DNA from: a virus
Taxonomy: Duplodnaviria; Caudoviricetes
IMG/VR virus record: IMGVR_UViG_3300010366_000001
Location: 625 to 64,624 of that record
DNA length: 64,000 nucleotides
Reading direction: 5' to 3' (one strand)
Under the pieces are notes generated by a model, which did no database searches, was not told the origin of the DNA, and was given only the letters and a program-made list of their open reading frames with translations. Shown here in pieces: positions 59,044 through 64,000 of this stretch (the stretch's first letter is position 1; every line of letters begins with the position of its first letter). Position numbers and translations under genes: made by a program.

Positions 59044-60735
59044 CTAGAAGACGCCGCTGAAGCTGGTCCCCCTCTTGGCAATGCCGCAGCCGCGGACCTT
59101 GCCGCCATGCGCCATCTTTTTCGTGCCCTTCGTATTGGGGAAGCCCTTGCGAACCTTGGCCGCACCGCCGGCCGCCATCTTCTCGCAGGAGCCGCCCTTG
59201 TTTTTGCGGAGACCGAACTTCCCGCCCTTCTTCATCGGCGGAGGCGCCGCCGCAGCCGCCGGACCCGGCCCGGGACTCGGCGCGGTCCCCTCGCTATCCT
59301 CGTAGTCGTAAGGGCTTGGCGTTGAGGTCGGCTTTTTCAGGGCAACGGCGATAGAGACCTTCGGCTTGCCCGCCGGCTTTTTCACCAGAACCTTGCCGCC
59401 CTTCTTCTTCGCGACCGGCTCTTCGGCCTTGTCCTCACCGCCCCACTGACGGTCGGCCACCTTGCCGCCCTTGCGGTACGGCCGCTGCCCCTGCAACGAT
59501 CTCTGCAGAGCGCCGAGGCCGGCCGTCGGGCCCATGGGAGCCGGCTGCGCGACCGCCGGCGGCATTACTGGCGCGCCAGGCGGAGGAGGCACGGCCGCGC
59601 CCGGAGGCGGCGCGCTTACCAAACCCTGCAAGCCCGACGGTGGACCACCCGGGGGCGGAGGGCCGCCAGGGGCCGCACCGAAGAATGAACCGCCGCCGGG
59701 AGGCGGACCGCCCGGAGGCGGACCGCCCGCTAAAGCACCGAGGGCCGCGCCCGGCGGAGGACCACCAGGAGCCGCACCAAAGAATGAACCGCCGCCGGGA
59801 GGTGGACCGCCCTGTTGTAAAGCGCCGAGCGCCGCGGCCGGAGGCGGACCGCCGGGGGGAGGCCCACCCGGAGGCGGACCGCCGATGCCCAGGCCCTGCA
59901 TTGCCGACGCGAGCCCTGGAACACTCGGAGGCGCCGCACCGAGCGACGCGCCGCCGGGAGGCGGAGGCGGAGGGCCTGGCAGCGATATGGGGCTGGCCCC
60001 ACCGCCCTGCAAGGCGCCCTGCATCATGTTGGCGAAGTTGGCCGCGCCGCCCGGGGTCATGCCAGGAGCGCCCTGGAATGACGAGCCGGCAGGCGGAGGC
60101 GGAGCCGACATACCTGGATCGATCGGCATCAGCGAGCCCCCTTGCGGTGCGCCGGACAAGGACCGTTCTGATGGCCCGCCGACGGAAGAACCAGAACCGC
60201 CCCCACTAGACGGGGCGGCTGAACCTAAACGATTACGCATTGAGTTTCCTCCCTCTCGAATCGACCCGCCCCGCGCCGCCTTCGTCGCCGTCGTGGTGTC
60301 GGTCGTCGTACTCTCATCCATGGGCTTGTGCTTGTTTTTCAGCAACGTCGCCGCCAGCAAGCCCATCCCCGCGGCGCCCAGCGGCCCCCATAGGCTCGTG
60401 CCAGAACCAAAAACCGCCCCTGCTCCCAACCCCACGAGAGCTCGCTGCCAGGGCTTCATGGTGTCCCACGGCTTGGGCTTCTCCACCTTCGGCTTGGCCG
60501 GAGGCGCCACCTGGGAAGAACTGCCCGGCGTAGAACTGCCCGGTGCGGGCGTGTCGCCGGCGTCGTCGCCGACCAGACCTGGAGCAGTGCTGATCCGCTT
60601 TACGGTCGGGTCGTCGGGCGTGAAGCCGGCCGGCTCAGAGGTCGGCGACGGCGATGCCGGGTTGAACGGCCCGGCGTCGTCGCCGTCCGATTCGCCGCCA
60701 CTCTGAAAGCGCCGGCGCGGTGTTAGCTGGCTCAT
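59044..60735 (-). CDS. Gly/Pro-rich disordered virion-module protein with basic C-terminus
   Basis: GGPPPGG repeats; C-terminal KKMAHGGKVRGCGIAKRG. Confidence 0.6.
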   Translation of the reverse strand: MSQLTPRRRFQSGGESDGDDAGPFNPASPSPTSEPAGFTPDDPTVKRISTAPGLVGDDAGDTPAPGSSTPGSSSQVAPPAKPKVEKPKPWDTMKPWQRALVGLGAGAVFGSGTSLWGPLGAAGMGLLAATLLKNKHKPMDESTTTDTTTATKAARGGSIREGGNSMRNRLGSAAPSSGGGSGSSVGGPSERSLSGAPQGGSLMPIDPGMSAPPPPAGSSFQGAPGMTPGGAANFANMMQGALQGGGASPISLPGPPPPPPGGASLGAAPPSVPGLASAMQGLGIGGPPPGGPPPGGPPPAAALGALQQGGPPPGGGSFFGAAPGGPPPGAALGALAGGPPPGGPPPGGGSFFGAAPGGPPPPGGPPSGLQGLVSAPPPGAAVPPPPGAPVMPPAVAQPAPMGPTAGLGALQRSLQGQRPYRKGGKVADRQWGGEDKAEEPVAKKKGGKVLVKKPAGKPKVSIAVALKKPTSTPSPYDYEDSEGTAPSPGPGPAAAAAPPPMKKGGKFGLRKNKGGSCEKMAAGGAAKVRKGFPNTKGTKKMAHGGKVRGCGIAKRGTSFSGVF

Positions 60736-61055
60736 GATTCCTCCTCGCGGAATCGCATCTGGCGGCCGCCTGCAGGATCCGGGAAGGGCGGCCAGTTGGC
60801 ATTCGGGTAGAGGCGCCGGCTGGCCTCGAGCCCGGTATCGGGACGCGCGTCGCGGAGCGCCTGCGCGTCCACCACGACGGCTTCCGGCAGAAAGTTCTGC
60901 GGGTGGTCGGGATCGTAGCAGCTAGGGCAGACCCGCATGCCGGTCCCCATGCCGCGCACAGTCGGCTCGCGCATCTCGCGGTATTTGCAGCGGACGCCGC
61001 ACAGATCACACATCCCCCATGCGTACTTGCCGCTCGCCCAGCGTGTCGAGGCCAT
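60732..61055 (-). CDS. Small Zn-finger virion-module protein
   Basis: CDLCG...VCPSCYDPDHPQ. Confidence 0.7.
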   Translation of the reverse strand: MASTRWASGKYAWGMCDLCGVRCKYREMREPTVRGMGTGMRVCPSCYDPDHPQNFLPEAVVVDAQALRDARPDTGLEASRRLYPNANWPPFPDPAGGRQMRFREEES

Positions 61056-61753
61056 CAGATCACCTCGTAGCCGCCGCCGGGAACAAAGCGCACCGGCGCG
61101 CGATCGCGGTCCTCGTCGGCCGCAAGCCCGAACTGTTCTTCGTATTCGCTCTTGAGAAGCTGAACCCGATCGAGAGCGCCCTTCTCCTTACTCTTTAGAG
61201 CGAGGTAGAAGGCGAGCCCGGCGATCATGGCCGGAACGAACCGCCAGGGGATGTCCGGCACGCCGGCGCCGCCCTGCCCCACGGAACGCATGCGCCGCAG
61301 GCGCCAGTAGACCACCTGGTAGCTGGAGTTGGACGGCGGCACCATCCAGACGACGAAGTAGGGCCTGATCGCGCGTCTTACGTGGATCAAGGTCGGCCGG
61401 CCGGGCGCCATCTTGTTGGGGAGCGCCGAGTATTCGGCAAAGCTCCAGCGATCGAGCGGAATGTCCTGGGCGGAGGCGGACGACGTGGAAGGCTGGCGGA
61501 TGACATGCTCCACCAGGTCGATCGTATCCTCGGGCAGCGAGTACCGCTCGAGGCCCGGCTGGAGATTGACGACCACCGGGCCGTCCACTGTCCAGAGGTT
61601 CAGGCCGCGATTCGCCCACTCGATCGCGAGTAGCTCGAGCGCCCGCCGGGCGGTGCGCAGCGCGTAGCCCGAGCGGAACTCGATGCCGGCGCGCTCGGAG
61701 GCCTCCTCGGCGATCTCGGCCACGTCGAATGTAGGCCAACTGAGTTGCGCCAC
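61055..61753 (-). CDS. Head-tail adaptor-like protein
   Basis: EEASERAG..SGY.LRTARRALELL.IEWANRGLNLWTV; EDRDRAP. Confidence 0.75.
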   Translation of the reverse strand: MAQLSWPTFDVAEIAEEASERAGIEFRSGYALRTARRALELLAIEWANRGLNLWTVDGPVVVNLQPGLERYSLPEDTIDLVEHVIRQPSTSSASAQDIPLDRWSFAEYSALPNKMAPGRPTLIHVRRAIRPYFVVWMVPPSNSSYQVVYWRLRRMRSVGQGGAGVPDIPWRFVPAMIAGLAFYLALKSKEKGALDRVQLLKSEYEEQFGLAADEDRDRAPVRFVPGGGYEVI

Positions 61754-61754
61754 C

Positions 61755-61907
61755 TCAGCCCGCCTTCCGAGCCTGATTCAGCGCAATCGCAATAGCCTGC
61801 TTGCGATCGTGCACCACCGGGCCTTTTTTCGAGCCCGAATGAAGATCGCCCTGCTTGAACTCATGCAGGGTTTTTTCGATCTTGCCGCGCCGCTGTTTCG
61901 AAACCAT
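61755..61907 (-). CDS. DUF6496-like 50-aa basic protein (not in the ORF track)
   Basis: KIEKTLHEFKQGDLHSGSKKGPVVHDRKQAIAIALNQARKAG. Confidence 0.75.
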   Translation of the reverse strand: MVSKQRRGKIEKTLHEFKQGDLHSGSKKGPVVHDRKQAIAIALNQARKAG

Positions 61908-61958
61908 CCGCAAGCCCTCTATCGCAATGGTACGATAGCCGCCTTGCGGTGATTATAC

Positions 61959-62168
61959 TCAGGAACTGGTGCCGTACGTCATGGTAATTAAAGGGATCGA
62001 TGCTCTCTCCACCTGAAGCCTTCCGTAAAGCTCACGCAGGACATCCTCCACGGTTAGTTTTCCATCGTTGATCAATGAAGCCTGCAGGTCGAATGATGCC
62101 GATAAGAATCTCTGCTCTATAGCGTTCATCGCGCCATTCCCCTCGTAACAGCCTACTTTGTCTCTCAC
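61959..62168 (-). CDS. Small hypothetical
   Basis: 69-aa ORF; TATAAT box upstream. Confidence 0.4.
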   Translation of the reverse strand: MRDKVGCYEGNGAMNAIEQRFLSASFDLQASLINDGKLTVEDVLRELYGRLQVERASIPLITMTYGTSS

Positions 62169-62276
62169 CTCTGCTCTGGGGGAGGGTTTGAGCGAATTAT
62201 ATAACAGAAAAACGGTATTTCTGCAGAAAAATCCTGAGGGGTCGTACGTACGGTAAGGTTTTACCCTGTCGGTCTG

Positions 62277-62798
62277 TTACCCGACTGATTTCAATTCATT
62301 TGCGGCTGGCGGGTTGTTGCGCTGCCGGAACTCCCGTAGCTCGTGCTGGTAGTCCGGCCTCGCCTTGAGCATTTCCAGGCACTCTATGAATGCCTTGCGC
62401 ATGATCTCTTCGGCCGACTCGCCGCGCGGTTGATGGACATACACCCAAAACGGCACCGTGAGCTCTTGAAGGCGCAGTCCAACCTCGTTCCAGAGTGCGC
62501 GGCCAAGGACTACGGTCTCAGACTCACGTTCGCGCTGCAGCCAGAGCCATGCTCCGGCCTCAATCGCATCCGTGATCCGCAGCCCCTCGCCTTCTGCCCG
62601 CGCCCGTAAGGCTTTGAGCAGATTTTGATCGATCCTCACCGTTACTTGTGACCGCGTTTGCTTTCGATTCGGACGTCGCTGCTTTTTCTCCGGCTTTTCG
62701 TGCTTATGGTTATTACCCGCTTCGATTGACATGGCTGTTTTCACGATTTGTGGCGCATCCGCCATTTTCGAACTAATAAACACATTTCTGTGCTGCAT
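62277..62798 (-). CDS. Ribbon-helix-helix regulator, candidate repressor (start uncertain)
   Basis: SQVTVRIDQNLLKALRARAEGEGLRITDAIEAG RHH pattern; divergent from the replication operon. Confidence 0.65.
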   Translation of the reverse strand: MQHRNVFISSKMADAPQIVKTAMSIEAGNNHKHEKPEKKQRRPNRKQTRSQVTVRIDQNLLKALRARAEGEGLRITDAIEAGAWLWLQRERESETVVLGRALWNEVGLRLQELTVPFWVYVHQPRGESAEEIMRKAFIECLEMLKARPDYQHELREFRQRNNPPAANELKSVG

Positions 62799-62884
62799 TA
62801 CGCCTAGCGCCCCTTGACGATTCCCGTAATCCGATCGAAAATCTCCACTGTCCCCCTACTCTGCCGAGCCCGGAAGGACGGAAT

Positions 62885-63136
62885 TTGACGCCCATCGTAT
62901 CATACGCACGAATAAGTCAAAAAAGCCAGAATCTTTCGATCCTGGAGGTACTGAAATTCATTTTTCGGGCCCCGAAGGACTCCGTACCAGGCGTTCTAGC
63001 CGAAGTTGTCCGCACGCTAGCACGCTATGCGGCCGAAAAGCCCACCCGGCTCGCCGAACCCGACCTGGAGATCCTGCTGGCCGTTTCGGTCGTGCTCCAA
63101 AGCGAAAAACGGGGCAAAAAGGGGCCTCCGGCATGA
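62885..63136 (+). CDS. Small hypothetical, first gene of the replication operon (start uncertain)
   Basis: Its TGA overlaps the helicase ATG. Confidence 0.45.
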   Translation: MTPIVSYARISQKSQNLSILEVLKFIFRAPKDSVPGVLAEVVRTLARYAAEKPTRLAEPDLEILLAVSVVLQSEKRGKKGPPA

Positions 63137-64000
63137 ATCCCCCGCTCTTTGCCCACCAACAAGCCGCGCTCGACTTCATCGATCGCCGCTGGGACCGCGG
63201 CCAGGGGGGCGCAGTGCTCAATCTATGGATGGGGACCGGCAAAACTCGGGTGGCAATCGAGGCGGCCCGGCGCCGCGGACTGCGCCTGATCCTGGTTTTG
63301 TGCCCGCTCGCCGCGGTTGAGGTCTGGGTACAGCAATTTCGCCGCTGGGCGCCCGAATATGACGTGCTCGCGCTCGACGACCGCGCCGGCACCGTCGCCC
63401 AGAGGGTCGCAGCCGCGGCCGCGCGCGTGAAATGGGCCTCCGAGCACGGCAGGCCGCTGGTAATCGCGATCAACTACGCGAGCGCCTGGCGCGAGGCCTT
63501 CGCCAAATGGGCCATGAAACGGTCCTGGCCGCTGGTAATCGCCGATGAGATCCAGTGCTTGAAGATGCCGTCGGGCTCGACCTCGCGTTTTAGCGGCCGG
63601 CTCTCGCTTTTTGCCATGCGCCGGCTCGGTTTGACCGGTACTTTCATGCCGCACTCGCCCCTCGACACCTGGGCGCAGATGCGATTCATCGATCGCAACG
63701 TTCTCGACCCCACCTACACCGCTTTTCGGCTGCGCTATGCCGTCATGCACCCCAAATTTCCCTCGAAAGTCGAGAAATGGAAGGACCTCGAGGGGCTCGC
63801 CAGGCGCCTCGAGCCGGCCGTTTTCCAGGTCGGGCCCGAAGTTTTAGATCTGCCGGGCGAGCAGGACGAGACTTTGTGCTGCAATCTCTCGCGCGAAGCC
63901 CGCCGCATGTATCAGCAGATGGAATCGGACCTGATTACCTGGATTTCGACGGCGGATCCGGCGGTCATCGCGAAAAACAGCCTGGTCCGACTGCTGCGCC
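63133..64000 (+). CDS. SNF2-family helicase, partial (runs off the window)
   Basis: Own translation: LFAHQ, LWMGTGKT, VLCPL, INYAS, VIADEIQCLK, LGLTGT. Confidence 0.9.
   Translation, partial: MNPPLFAHQQAALDFIDRRWDRGQGGAVLNLWMGTGKTRVAIEAARRRGLRLILVLCPLAAVEVWVQQFRRWAPEYDVLALDDRAGTVAQRVAAAAARVKWASEHGRPLVIAINYASAWREAFAKWAMKRSWPLVIADEIQCLKMPSGSTSRFSGRLSLFAMRRLGLTGTFMPHSPLDTWAQMRFIDRNVLDPTYTAFRLRYAVMHPKFPSKVEKWKDLEGLARRLEPAVFQVGPEVLDLPGEQDETLCCNLSREARRMYQQMESDLITWISTADPAVIAKNSLVRLLR

Noticed and set aside
62205-62231. CAGAAA dyad and TTTCTGCAGAAA palindrome as a separate regulon
   Set aside because: Single locus with no second copy found; probably a local promoter or terminator element

Overview
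The window is most or all of a GC-rich, temperate, short-tailed (podovirus-like) dsDNA phage genome of about 64 kb or more. It appears to be in its free form, with an intact candidate attP. The replication operon seems to wrap around the window ends: a SNF2 helicase from 63133 runs off the end, and 14-6020 holds an SSB-like gene, a TOPRIM/VirE primase-helicase, an HNH-SF2 helicase fusion and a VRR-NUC nuclease, followed by an iteron-like repeat region. From 7.5 to 21.7 kb is a dense array of small accessory genes with a tyrosine recombinase, driven by repeated leaderless sigma70 promoters that carry a palindromic operator. Virion genes lie at 21.7-37.5 kb and 43.8-61.9 kb (three fibre genes, TerL, three ejection proteins, portal, capsid, scaffold, GroES-like and tail adaptor genes), in an unusual order with the portal on the opposite strand. 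From 38 to 43.7 kb is a second accessory block with a large serine integrase. Main leads: (1) a 50-bp near-perfect inverted repeat (candidate attP) inside the 3' end of the serine integrase gene, so integration would swap its last 47 aa and uncouple downstream genes; (2) a stand-alone arm-type DNA-binding protein coupled to that integrase; (3) a short x-x-x-G-G motif, often [MFY]-A-x-G-G, at domain boundaries of five putative internal virion proteins; (4) an HhH-GPD glycosylase-like domain fused to a hendecad Gln-rich ejection protein; (5) an Acb2/Tad1-like hairpin protein. All family assignments come from motif recognition by eye; no searches were run. An Acidobacteria-like host is a guess from protein styles. 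No CRISPR array, tRNA, rRNA, reverse transcriptase or DNA polymerase was recognised.
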